Shown here: in pieces, positions 27,525-36,539 of the stretch
Position numbering within the stretch: position 1 is the stretch's first letter
How the letters are laid out: the number at the start of each line of letters is the position of its first letter
DNA from: Candidatus Omnitrophota bacterium
GTDB lineage: Bacteria > Omnitrophota > Omnitrophia > Omnitrophales > JACROU01
NCBI GenBank assembly: GCA_029261035.1
Contig: JAJDCD010000025.1
Location: 130,926 to 194,925 of the forward strand
Reading direction: 5' to 3'
DNA length: 64,000 nt
Notes under the pieces: generated by a model
Databases searched by the model: none
What the model was told of the DNA's origin: nothing
The model's input: only the letters and a program-made list of their open reading frames with translations
Made by a program: the position numbers and the translations under genes

Positions 27525-28589
27525 CTAACCCCTAAACGGATAAACCCACTTTACCTTCAAAGGAATCCTAACCCTCCTCATAAACCTCTGCACCAACTCT
27601 TTCTCCACCTTAATCCAAAATGCCTCATCCCTATTCTTCCCAATCTTAAAACTCCCCCCTCCAATACTCCCATGCCCCCCCGCATCTCCTCGATCATCAA
27701 AAATATCTCTCAACACTTCACCTGCTTGAGCATTAGGAGTTGAAGTTCTCAACGAAACATGAAGTTTCCCATTATATCTTCCCGTAGTTAAAGACCAACG
27801 GATTCCTTTGTACGTAAGCAGAAAATCAGCAATTTGAGAAACAAGATCTGGATTCTTAACGTCACCCAAATGAGAAAAAATAAGGCTTCGACATTTTACA
27901 GCTGTCTGAATTCCTTTTCCCAAACTAACAAAAAAACTGCGTGAAAGAGCCGATGGATTTTGAATACGTGCCAAAGCCCTCAAATCGCAATAAGGAAGTA
28001 TGTCTAAATAAACACGAATTACTTTCGGATGTTTTGCTCGATATAAATTTAATGTATCCGAAATAATCCCATATGCAAGAGCCGTTGCAATCCGCACTGG
28101 AATTTCTTTACCTAAGATTAATAACGCTTGCGCCAATATAACCGATGTCGCTCCACAGTCAGGATCCACAATGCTCAAATCAGCATTTGGCTTCTCTTCC
28201 GAAGGGTGTTGATCTAGAACTATTCTAGAACGTCTGCTTTTGGGAAATGGATTGTTTTTAAAATTAGGCTGGGTATCTACGAGGGCCACATTAGAATATT
28301 TCTTAAAATCATTTTTCCTTAACTTGTGTACTGGAATTTTAAGCGTATGGACTAATTCTTTATTTTCAACTCTCCCTATAATGCCTCCATAAACCATTTT
28401 AGACGGAACCCCATAATTACTCTCTACAATATGTTGCAAAGCAAAAGCACTCGCAATGGCATCTGGATCTGGAAAATCGTGCATCAAAATTAAAAGCGGA
28501 TTGATATCCTCTTTTTTTTCTTTTAAAAAAGACAATAGCTTCTCTGCATTTAGCTGAATATGATCTGGTTTTATTTTCATCTTCTTCAT
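27525..28589 (-). CDS. DHH-family phosphoesterase (NrnA-like; possible pApA/c-di-AMP phosphodiesterase)
   Basis: N-terminal DHH region LILMHDFPDPDAIASAFAL and a DHHA1-like GGHGSIGGGS. It lies immediately upstream of cdaA. Confidence 0.6.
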   Translation of the reverse strand: MKKMKIKPDHIQLNAEKLLSFLKEKKEDINPLLILMHDFPDPDAIASAFALQHIVESNYGVPSKMVYGGIIGRVENKELVHTLKIPVHKLRKNDFKKYSNVALVDTQPNFKNNPFPKSRRSRIVLDQHPSEEKPNADLSIVDPDCGATSVILAQALLILGKEIPVRIATALAYGIISDTLNLYRAKHPKVIRVYLDILPYCDLRALARIQNPSALSRSFFVSLGKGIQTAVKCRSLIFSHLGDVKNPDLVSQIADFLLTYKGIRWSLTTGRYNGKLHVSLRTSTPNAQAGEVLRDIFDDRGDAGGHGSIGGGSFKIGKNRDEAFWIKVEKELVQRFMRRVRIPLKVKWVYPFRG

Positions 28590-28725
28590 ACACCCCCCAA
28601 TAAACAGACAATACTTTTATATATCGATCTTTTCAGGAACTTTCTGAACGAAAATAACCCTCAGGAAGAAGGTTTCAAGTCGTGAATAAAGGCAAGAGGT
28701 CTTCCAGGACTGTCTTAGGCTAGTT

Positions 28726-30060
28726 TCAACGTAAATTCTCTTCAACTAGCAACTTTTCTAAATACTCTCTAAGCTTCGCGCTATCATGTCGAACAAGATC
28801 CGTTTCATGGCCAATATCAGAAACAATTACTTTAGCTTTTGTAACTTTTTGAATTTTTTCCTTATCTTTACCATTAATAAGATTTTGGCCTTTTTTGGCA
28901 TATTCCTGAATCGCTTTTCCAGAGACCTTGCTATTAGACAAAATTACATAATCCAAACAGTCAGCCTGAAGATATTTAATTATTTCTGCAATATGATCCG
29001 AGGCATCAAAGTTGGTTGTTTCACCAGGCTTTGTCATTAAATTACAAACATAAATTTTCTTTGCCTTAGATTGTTGAATCGCTTCCTTAACACCCCCAAC
29101 CGTTAAATTAGAAATAACGCTCGTAAACAAATCTCCAGGGCCCACAACGAGCAAGTCCGCATTGATAATTGATGAATAAACATCCATGGTACAATTTACT
29201 TTTGGCTCATGCCACGTATCTGCGATCTTTAAATTAGGATCCCTTCCATTCAGAATATCAATGTTCGTCTCCCCTTTAATGACAGAACCATCCTCAAAAC
29301 GAGCTGTTAAATCCGTTAATTGATCCGTAACAGGAAGTACGATCCCTTGAATATTCAGGATATCTCCCAACATCTTCACCGCACTTACCATCGATCCCGT
29401 AATATCGTTAAGTGCCGCTAAAAACAAATTACCAAAGCTATGTTCTGCTAAATCTCCACCTTTATTAAATCGATACTGAATAATTTGATTCATCACTTCT
29501 GGGGCATTTGATAAAGCAACTAAACTTCGTCGAATATCTCCCGGAGGTAAAATCCCCATAGACTCTCTTAATCTGCCAGAAGACCCCCCACTATCACTCA
29601 TAGTAACAATAGAAGTTAAAAGAACATTTGGAATTTTTTTAATCCCAATCAGCAGATTAAACAATCCTGTACCACCTCCAATACATGTGATTCGAGTCTT
29701 GCGGTTTATGACCGAACTTACATAAGCAATAAATTCTCTATGGTTAAAAGGTCGTTGGATAATATGACTACATCCTAACTCTTTAACTGTTAATATGTTT
29801 TCTACAGAAATACCAGAAGCCACAAATAAATATTGGCTCTTTGAACCAGCAATCTGTTTAATTAGCTCTGTTTTCTCTGTTAAATTCTCAATATTTTCCG
29901 CATCCCCATCAATGACAATGCAGTCCATACTTTGCTGTCTGATAAGCAATTCTATTTCATTAATCGTATTAGCCCAAAATATATTCACGTCCAATGGACT
30001 TAAAATATCATGAACTTCTTTTACAAATAAATTCTCTCCAAAAATGAGTATCTTTTTCAT
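28726..30060 (-). CDS. Receiver-domain fused to a YvcK/UPF0052 (CofD-like, GlmR-type) protein
   Basis: The first ~115 aa are a CheY-like receiver fold. The remainder has YvcK signatures CIGGGTGLFNLL and VTMSDSGGSSGRLR. Confidence 0.7.
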   Translation of the reverse strand: MKKILIFGENLFVKEVHDILSPLDVNIFWANTINEIELLIRQQSMDCIVIDGDAENIENLTEKTELIKQIAGSKSQYLFVASGISVENILTVKELGCSHIIQRPFNHREFIAYVSSVINRKTRITCIGGGTGLFNLLIGIKKIPNVLLTSIVTMSDSGGSSGRLRESMGILPPGDIRRSLVALSNAPEVMNQIIQYRFNKGGDLAEHSFGNLFLAALNDITGSMVSAVKMLGDILNIQGIVLPVTDQLTDLTARFEDGSVIKGETNIDILNGRDPNLKIADTWHEPKVNCTMDVYSSIINADLLVVGPGDLFTSVISNLTVGGVKEAIQQSKAKKIYVCNLMTKPGETTNFDASDHIAEIIKYLQADCLDYVILSNSKVSGKAIQEYAKKGQNLINGKDKEKIQKVTKAKVIVSDIGHETDLVRHDSAKLREYLEKLLVEENLR

Positions 30061-30105
30061 TTTATTAAATTCCTCAAACGAGTCACTTCTGATAATAAAT
30101 TCATC

Positions 30106-31224
30106 TTAAACAATTTGCTTACTTAAAAACTGAATAATTCTCTTTGAAGCTTTTCCATCCCCATACGGGTTAGGTTTTCCCTGAAGTTTTTTTGTTAACT
30201 CTGGATTATCCAAACATCTCTTAGTCTCTTTAAAAATACGTTCAGGCTCTTGCCCCACAATACGACTAAATCCTGCTTTCACACCCTCAGGTCGTTCTGT
30301 TACATTTCTAAGAACAAGAATGGGTTTATAAAATGACGGAGCTTCCTCTTGAATCCCACCAGAATCCGTTAAAATCAAATCGGAGTGTTGCATCATATAA
30401 ACCAAAGAATCATAAGCTACAGGCTCAATTAAATGGATATTAGGGGTATTCTTTAACATAACTTTAACTACTTTTTGAACGTTAGGGTTTAAATGGACTG
30501 GGTAATAAATGTCTATGTCTGGATAGAAACGTGCCACTTTTTGAATTCCTTGACACAGCTTCTTGAAAGGAGCACCAAAACTTTCTCTTCGATGCGCTGT
30601 CAGCAATATGTTTCTCTTATTTAAATCTAAATGAATGGGTGGTTTTTTTCTCTTCTTGAGAATTCTTTTCATTTCTATTAAAGCGTCAATTCCCGTATTT
30701 CCTGTCTTAACAATATTCTTTTTAGGCACACCCTCTTTAACAAGCCTCGAAAAAGCCAAAGAAGTAGGTGCAAAATGAAAATCAGCAACTTGGGTTATTA
30801 ACCGACGATTAATTTCTTCTGGAAAAGGCTCATATTTATCATCACTACGCAACCCGGCCTCGACATGTCCCACAGGAATTTTTAAATAAAAAGCAGATAA
30901 AGCGACCAAAAAAGCCGTTGAAGTGTCCCCTTGAACCAAAACACAATCTGGTTTTATTTTCTTTAACATGCGTTCCATGTTTTTTAAAATACGCTCACTT
31001 AAAGAAGATAGGGATTGGTTATGTGTCATTAATTTCAAGTTGTAATCCGCTTTTAAATTAAAAAGCTTCATCACTTGATTTGCCATGTGAATATGCTGCC
31101 CGGTCAAAAGAACAATAGGTTGAAGCTGCTTACTCTTTTTCATTTCGATTGCTAAGGGTGCCATTTTCAAAGACTCGGGTCTAGTTCCCCAACATAAAAG
31201 TATTTTCTTTTTAGATTTAGCCAC
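30106..31224 (-). CDS. wecB: UDP-N-acetylglucosamine 2-epimerase (non-hydrolysing)
   Basis: ILLCWGTRPE...QPIVLLTGQH...VQGDTSTAF...GHVEAGLRS. Confidence 0.85.
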   Translation of the reverse strand: MAKSKKKILLCWGTRPESLKMAPLAIEMKKSKQLQPIVLLTGQHIHMANQVMKLFNLKADYNLKLMTHNQSLSSLSERILKNMERMLKKIKPDCVLVQGDTSTAFLVALSAFYLKIPVGHVEAGLRSDDKYEPFPEEINRRLITQVADFHFAPTSLAFSRLVKEGVPKKNIVKTGNTGIDALIEMKRILKKRKKPPIHLDLNKRNILLTAHRRESFGAPFKKLCQGIQKVARFYPDIDIYYPVHLNPNVQKVVKVMLKNTPNIHLIEPVAYDSLVYMMQHSDLILTDSGGIQEEAPSFYKPILVLRNVTERPEGVKAGFSRIVGQEPERIFKETKRCLDNPELTKKLQGKPNPYGDGKASKRIIQFLSKQIV

Positions 31225-31327
31225 GAGACTCCTTGTCTTCTAAAGTTGAAATTGAAACTAAAAAGTAAAACACCCTATGTGCAAACTCTCAAAATTGCTC
31301 GTTTGTTTTCTTGAAAATTCTTAATTT

Positions 31328-33061
31328 CTAAAACCGATAACTAATGTAACTAGAAGCACTCGTTGCTTCAATGCTTGAATTATCTCGACTCCAAGATGTT
31401 CCAGCAACCAAATTCATTCGATCCATCAAACGATAACTCAAACTTCCATAGAGAGAAAGTGTATTACGACCTTCATCCGTCACATCATAAGAAGTCCCCG
31501 TCGTCATCGTTAGCTTCTTTGTTAAAGTCCAATATTTTTCCATGTTAAGCGTATTCGTAATCAAAGTTAAATTCCCATCTGTGTTTTCAATAGAAACAAA
31601 GAAGTCGCTCACATCGTTTATGATGTCATAAGTAAACCGGTAGGACATCAACAGGTTGTGTTGTTTTAAAAAAGCTCTAGAAATTCCAAACCCCAAAGTG
31701 TTAGAACGATTTCTACTCGGGTCCCAATAAGTTTGATGGTGATGTAGCAAACTTACTTCCCAACGATCTTTAGGGATCCATGTAATTGAATTTCTTAAAC
31801 CCCAACGCGGGTTATTTCTCAAATTTTTAGTTTCCCATTTCAAATCAATACGATGAACCACTTTTTCAAATAGCTTGGACTGCAAACCTACTCCATAGGT
31901 GAATGAAGTTGTTTTGTGTGTATCATCATGCCGAGAAGATGCAGAAACAAAAGCTTTAAATGCTGCTGTAATAGGATGTGCATACTCTAAAGTATTGTAA
32001 ACAGATTCAGAACGAATTCGATTGGGAACACCTCTATCAGCCCCTTGTCGATTTCTTTCTTGATAAAAAAGAAAAGAATGCGCTAATGTGGGAGCTAAAG
32101 CTAAATTAATCTGTGAGAAACGAGAACTAATACGGCGAGAAGCATCCGGATTTGAATCCGACAATTGAGAATAGACTTTCTCTGCAGCCCCATATTTCTG
32201 ATTATAAAAATAGGTGTTTCCTAATTCTTCCAGAACCTCCGTATCATTAGGAGAACTTGCTAATAGCTTTTCGTAAGCTTCAGAAGCTTTGGTCCAAGAT
32301 TGTAATTCAGAATAAATTTGCGCTAATTCTTTAAGAGCCCTTGAATTCGTTGGGTCTTTAATAACCACTTGTTCATAAACAACTATGGCGTCCTTAGTTT
32401 TCCCAGCCCAATTTAACACCTGAGCTTTCTTCAGTAGGGCATCAACATCATCTGGATCTTCAGCTAAAACCTGATCATAAACAGCCACGGAAGCATCCCA
32501 CTGTTGTTGCCAATTCAAAAAATCCCCCATCTCTTTTTTAGCGGCTAAAAATTCAGGATCTTCTTCAATTATTTTATTCAATTCTTTAACTGCCTTCTCC
32601 CGATAACCATAGTTCTCTAGAGCTCGAGGCCAAGCAAGGCGCATATTGTTATCGTAAGGTCTTAAAAAAGCTGCTTTTGCAAAATATTTCTCAGCTCGAT
32701 ACAAGTCTCCAACAGCAACATAAACTTCGGCTGCCTCATTCAAAATAAATGGGTTATCCGGGTGACGGCGCATCAAAACATCATATTTTTCTTTCGCAGA
32801 TCCTTTAGCACGAAGGTAAGAATAAGAACGTGCTTCACGAAGAAGCTTTTTTGAATCTTTTCCAAGAGTGGATGTATCCCAATCCTCCTTTCCATCTGAG
32901 GTTTGAGCATTTGCTTGAGGTGAAAAAAATCCTTTTAAGAATTTTTTTACTGAAAACTGAGTTTTATCCTCAGGTTGCCCAGCGTAACAAGTTCCAATAG
33001 AAAAAGTAATTAAAAGAAAAACTACAAAAAATTGCCGTGCTGAAAAAATTTTTCTACTCAT
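31328..33061 (-). CDS. TPR-repeat protein with a C-terminal beta-barrel-like domain (BcsC/PgaA-like exopolysaccharide exporter candidate)
   Basis: Signal peptide, then several TPR-like repeats in the N-terminal half. A beta-rich C-terminal half ends in the aromatic residues ...ISYRF. Confidence 0.45.
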   Translation of the reverse strand: MSRKIFSARQFFVVFLLITFSIGTCYAGQPEDKTQFSVKKFLKGFFSPQANAQTSDGKEDWDTSTLGKDSKKLLREARSYSYLRAKGSAKEKYDVLMRRHPDNPFILNEAAEVYVAVGDLYRAEKYFAKAAFLRPYDNNMRLAWPRALENYGYREKAVKELNKIIEEDPEFLAAKKEMGDFLNWQQQWDASVAVYDQVLAEDPDDVDALLKKAQVLNWAGKTKDAIVVYEQVVIKDPTNSRALKELAQIYSELQSWTKASEAYEKLLASSPNDTEVLEELGNTYFYNQKYGAAEKVYSQLSDSNPDASRRISSRFSQINLALAPTLAHSFLFYQERNRQGADRGVPNRIRSESVYNTLEYAHPITAAFKAFVSASSRHDDTHKTTSFTYGVGLQSKLFEKVVHRIDLKWETKNLRNNPRWGLRNSITWIPKDRWEVSLLHHHQTYWDPSRNRSNTLGFGISRAFLKQHNLLMSYRFTYDIINDVSDFFVSIENTDGNLTLITNTLNMEKYWTLTKKLTMTTGTSYDVTDEGRNTLSLYGSLSYRLMDRMNLVAGTSWSRDNSSIEATSASSYISYRF

Positions 33062-35226
33062 TAAGAATCCTTAAAAGGGTCTCTAAACCCATATTTTCTT
33101 CTTCTGTAAATAAATGCGCCTAAAACACTTGAAATTAATAATAGAACGCCCAACCACATAAAAAATGATTTATCTGTTTTTGATTTCTTTTTACCTTTAC
33201 GTTTACTTTCACCTGGCCCATAGGAATACCATTGATCTTTTTCATTAATCAACACGACATCCCCATCCCACTGAGAGGAGATTTCTCGGTTCAAAAGATT
33301 CATGGTAGCCAACTCTACAAGCTCATCGGTCTTAGCCGAAACGACCATAATATTCCGATTCTTATTCCAAGGAGAAGTTAAAAGCTCTAACAAAGCTACA
33401 TTTTGCAGGAATTGAGGCAAAATTTCAATCCTTGTTCTTTTTGGCTGGTCCGTCTGAACATCGATTGGAAGTGGCAGCTTTTTATTAACCTCTTCTATCA
33501 ACGGATGTCTAGACAAACTCCCAATCAGAATAAAATCAAACTCTTTCTTCATCTCATCTGTAACTTCCGATGTTCTCAAAATATTAAATTTAGGTGTTTC
33601 GTTATAAGGCATCAAGGACGCTAGCATATATACCGAATTATAAGCAGCCTCAAACTCTTTAGTTGTAGCATCCTCTGGAATAACTATTTGAATAGGGTTC
33701 AATCCACGTTCCCCGTAAAAAGACGCTGGGAAATTTTGAAACCCTCTCTCTTCTGTAAGGAAATGAGGTACATGAAAATAAGAATTATCATGAATAATAA
33801 GCCATGCTCTATCATAATAACGACTTTCACAGTCATTTTGACCCACATCCAAATAAACACGGATGCGCACCAACAAATCTTCATCCTCTAAAACCTCTTC
33901 TGGAAGATTGAATTTCCAACGAGTACGGCCACCTCCCCCTGCAAGTTTAAATGTTTCTAAGGGTTTATCATTAACCAAAACCGTAAGAATAGACTTATCT
34001 GGATCTAATAGTGGAGAATAACTCGCATCTAGAAAAAGCGATGTGCCTGGTAAGAGTTCCCAATGAGGGGGAACATCATAATAAAACTCCACAGAACTCT
34101 CAAATGTTCCTGCAATTTTAGAAGTCACATAACCCAAATCTCTAAACGTAGGACTAGCCACATCGGCAATAATTTTTTTCTCTGGTAAATCCTCGGAAGT
34201 TTCGATAACAGCAAAGTTTCCTATCATTTTCTCCACTAAATCAGGAAAAGTTAACGCCTCCGCTGTTTTTTCAAGGGTGCTCTGATTCGCCCCTGAAATG
34301 ATAGTAATCACTCTTTTCTGCTCAACAGGAGATCGAAGCATCACAACAACACCTTTATTCTCGTTTAATTGACCTAGAGCACCTGGGGGGATTGTCCGGT
34401 TAAATTCTTGTTGAAAGACATTCCTATCCAACGTTCCAATGGAAATAAGACTCGATCTTTCTAAATCATTTTTAGGGGGTTTTTTTCCTATAAAAACTTT
34501 TACTCTTGGATACAAAAAGGGCTCCGAAAATCCAAAATATTGAATTAAAACCGCTGCTGATCTCCTCTCCTCAATAGTAGGATCCTCTGGAAGAACAATT
34601 AAAAGAGGCGTTCTCCCTTTTTCAAATTTTTCTACTTTTAAGTAAGGGTCTGGGAACAATTCAATATTATCTACAGACTTTGTTTGATAAGTCATCTGCA
34701 GTTCACTTTGCTTATGCACCACTACCCAGTTTGCAGGATTCTCTAAATCATGACAAGGTCTTGTAATGTTTTGAATCGTATAAAAACGAAACTGAATTGA
34801 GTTATACCCCGACTTTAAAAGAGATTGAGGAATCGATAGTTCGTGAGGTTGAATTTCAGAATTTTCAGGCAATAAATTCATACTATGGATAGGCTGTTCA
34901 TTTACAAGTACGGTTACCGTAGAGGTCGGTGCTAATATATTTGAGTGACTCATTAAATAGATAAGCCGAAGGTTTTGAGTTATTTCCACATTTCTAGGAA
35001 CAAGAAACCAGGCTGTAAATTGATTGAACAGTCCCGTCCCAACATAATCCTTACCTTCTAGGATCTTAAGATTAATGTCTCTGGGAATATCTGCTGTCTG
35101 CAGCAAAACTTTACTTCCCTCAACAACTCCCTTAACAGGCCCTTCATTTTTCTTTGCCTGAACTTCCATAGGCAAAAGGATTGTGCTTACAAAAAAAATT
35201 AAAACAAAAGTTGATAATTTTCTCAC
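33061..35226 (-). CDS. BcsB-like periplasmic synthase co-subunit (signal peptide, large periplasmic region, C-terminal TM anchor)
   Basis: 721 aa whose architecture and position immediately downstream of the GT2 synthase mimic BcsB. Sequence similarity is not verified. Confidence 0.35.
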   Translation of the reverse strand: MRKLSTFVLIFFVSTILLPMEVQAKKNEGPVKGVVEGSKVLLQTADIPRDINLKILEGKDYVGTGLFNQFTAWFLVPRNVEITQNLRLIYLMSHSNILAPTSTVTVLVNEQPIHSMNLLPENSEIQPHELSIPQSLLKSGYNSIQFRFYTIQNITRPCHDLENPANWVVVHKQSELQMTYQTKSVDNIELFPDPYLKVEKFEKGRTPLLIVLPEDPTIEERRSAAVLIQYFGFSEPFLYPRVKVFIGKKPPKNDLERSSLISIGTLDRNVFQQEFNRTIPPGALGQLNENKGVVVMLRSPVEQKRVITIISGANQSTLEKTAEALTFPDLVEKMIGNFAVIETSEDLPEKKIIADVASPTFRDLGYVTSKIAGTFESSVEFYYDVPPHWELLPGTSLFLDASYSPLLDPDKSILTVLVNDKPLETFKLAGGGGRTRWKFNLPEEVLEDEDLLVRIRVYLDVGQNDCESRYYDRAWLIIHDNSYFHVPHFLTEERGFQNFPASFYGERGLNPIQIVIPEDATTKEFEAAYNSVYMLASLMPYNETPKFNILRTSEVTDEMKKEFDFILIGSLSRHPLIEEVNKKLPLPIDVQTDQPKRTRIEILPQFLQNVALLELLTSPWNKNRNIMVVSAKTDELVELATMNLLNREISSQWDGDVVLINEKDQWYSYGPGESKRKGKKKSKTDKSFFMWLGVLLLISSVLGAFIYRRRKYGFRDPFKDS

Positions 35227-36539
35227 AACATCCTCAATTTAACTCTAGGTGTTTTATCCCAAAAAGGTTGCTTCCCTTTTTGCTCTGTTTTCTCAAAAAA
35301 ACTTTTAATATTTAAAAAAATCCAAGCTTGCGAATAAGTGAAATACATGAGAATCGCAAGCCCTATATTTTTAAGGGTATTTTCTGAAGTCTCTTCAAAA
35401 CTCATTGTCACAGCAATAGATACAACAAATAAAGTCAGAGCCATAAACCACGTTAAAAACAAGGGGCCCGACACAGATACATGAGCAATATTAATCACAC
35501 CCAAAACGAATACGATATCAGAAACCACAATGGTAAACAAGAGAATTCCATAGACTGAAGCCATGTAAAAAATTTGTTTAATATTTTTAAAACTAAAATG
35601 CTCTCTGCTCAAATATTTCTTAACAATATATTGATTCCCCTTCAACCACCGCATTCGTTGTTTTTGCCAAACCTTCCATGATTCCGGCTCCTGTTCCCAA
35701 GTAATAGCAAATGGATTGAAAGCAACATAATAACCCATATCTAAAATACGTAACGTTAGTTCCGTGTCTTCTGTTAAGGCTGATTCATCCCACCCTCCCA
35801 ATTTCTCCAGTATTTCTCGCTTAAAAACAAAATTCGTGCCGGGAATCATGGCTACCTTATCTTTATACCACCTTCCCGCCTGAACCATCCATTGATGAGA
35901 AATGAATTCCAAATTAATAAATTTGGTTAACAGGTTCTTTTTTCTATTTTGAGTTCTTACCTTTCCACACACAACCGCATTTTTAGGATCGGAAAGCATT
36001 TCAGCCATAAGGTACTTTAGCGTCGTTGGCTCTGGATTATTATCTGCGTCATAAATGCAAATATAATCTCCTTTAGCTACTGCCATCGCTTGATTCAACG
36101 CAAAAGATTTTCCTTTCCTCCCCTTTCCTTTAGGTACATGAATCGGCTTAATTATTTTGAAACTTTTAGCATAACTATCTAAAAGTTGTTTGGTATTATC
36201 CGTAGATTCATCATTGATAATCAAAACTTCATACCGGTCTGAAGGGTAATCAAGCTCAATCATCGAATCCATGGTTGATTCAATCACATTTTCTTCATTA
36301 CTTGCTGGAATCATAATACTAACGAACGGAGGGTCCTTAAAATTGGATAAATTCTCTTCTAACCTTTGGCGTCCTGACATAAAAAATCGATAAGCCATAA
36401 TTACAAGAGAAGAATGATAAAGCAGAACGATCCAAGTAATTATTAGGCAAACAAGAAAAACAATATCAATAAAAGCATTTTGAAACATAGAGGCCTGCCT
36501 ACTCTTTATCTTTATGTTTTTTTCTAAAGTGACTTTCAT
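35223..36539 (-). CDS. Processive family-2 glycosyltransferase (PgaC/cellulose-synthase-like exopolysaccharide synthase)
   Basis: N- and C-terminal TM helices. Motifs D, DAD, TED and QRMRW (QxxRW). Confidence 0.75.
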   Translation of the reverse strand: MKVTLEKNIKIKSRQASMFQNAFIDIVFLVCLIITWIVLLYHSSLVIMAYRFFMSGRQRLEENLSNFKDPPFVSIMIPASNEENVIESTMDSMIELDYPSDRYEVLIINDESTDNTKQLLDSYAKSFKIIKPIHVPKGKGRKGKSFALNQAMAVAKGDYICIYDADNNPEPTTLKYLMAEMLSDPKNAVVCGKVRTQNRKKNLLTKFINLEFISHQWMVQAGRWYKDKVAMIPGTNFVFKREILEKLGGWDESALTEDTELTLRILDMGYYVAFNPFAITWEQEPESWKVWQKQRMRWLKGNQYIVKKYLSREHFSFKNIKQIFYMASVYGILLFTIVVSDIVFVLGVINIAHVSVSGPLFLTWFMALTLFVVSIAVTMSFEETSENTLKNIGLAILMYFTYSQAWIFLNIKSFFEKTEQKGKQPFWDKTPRVKLRML

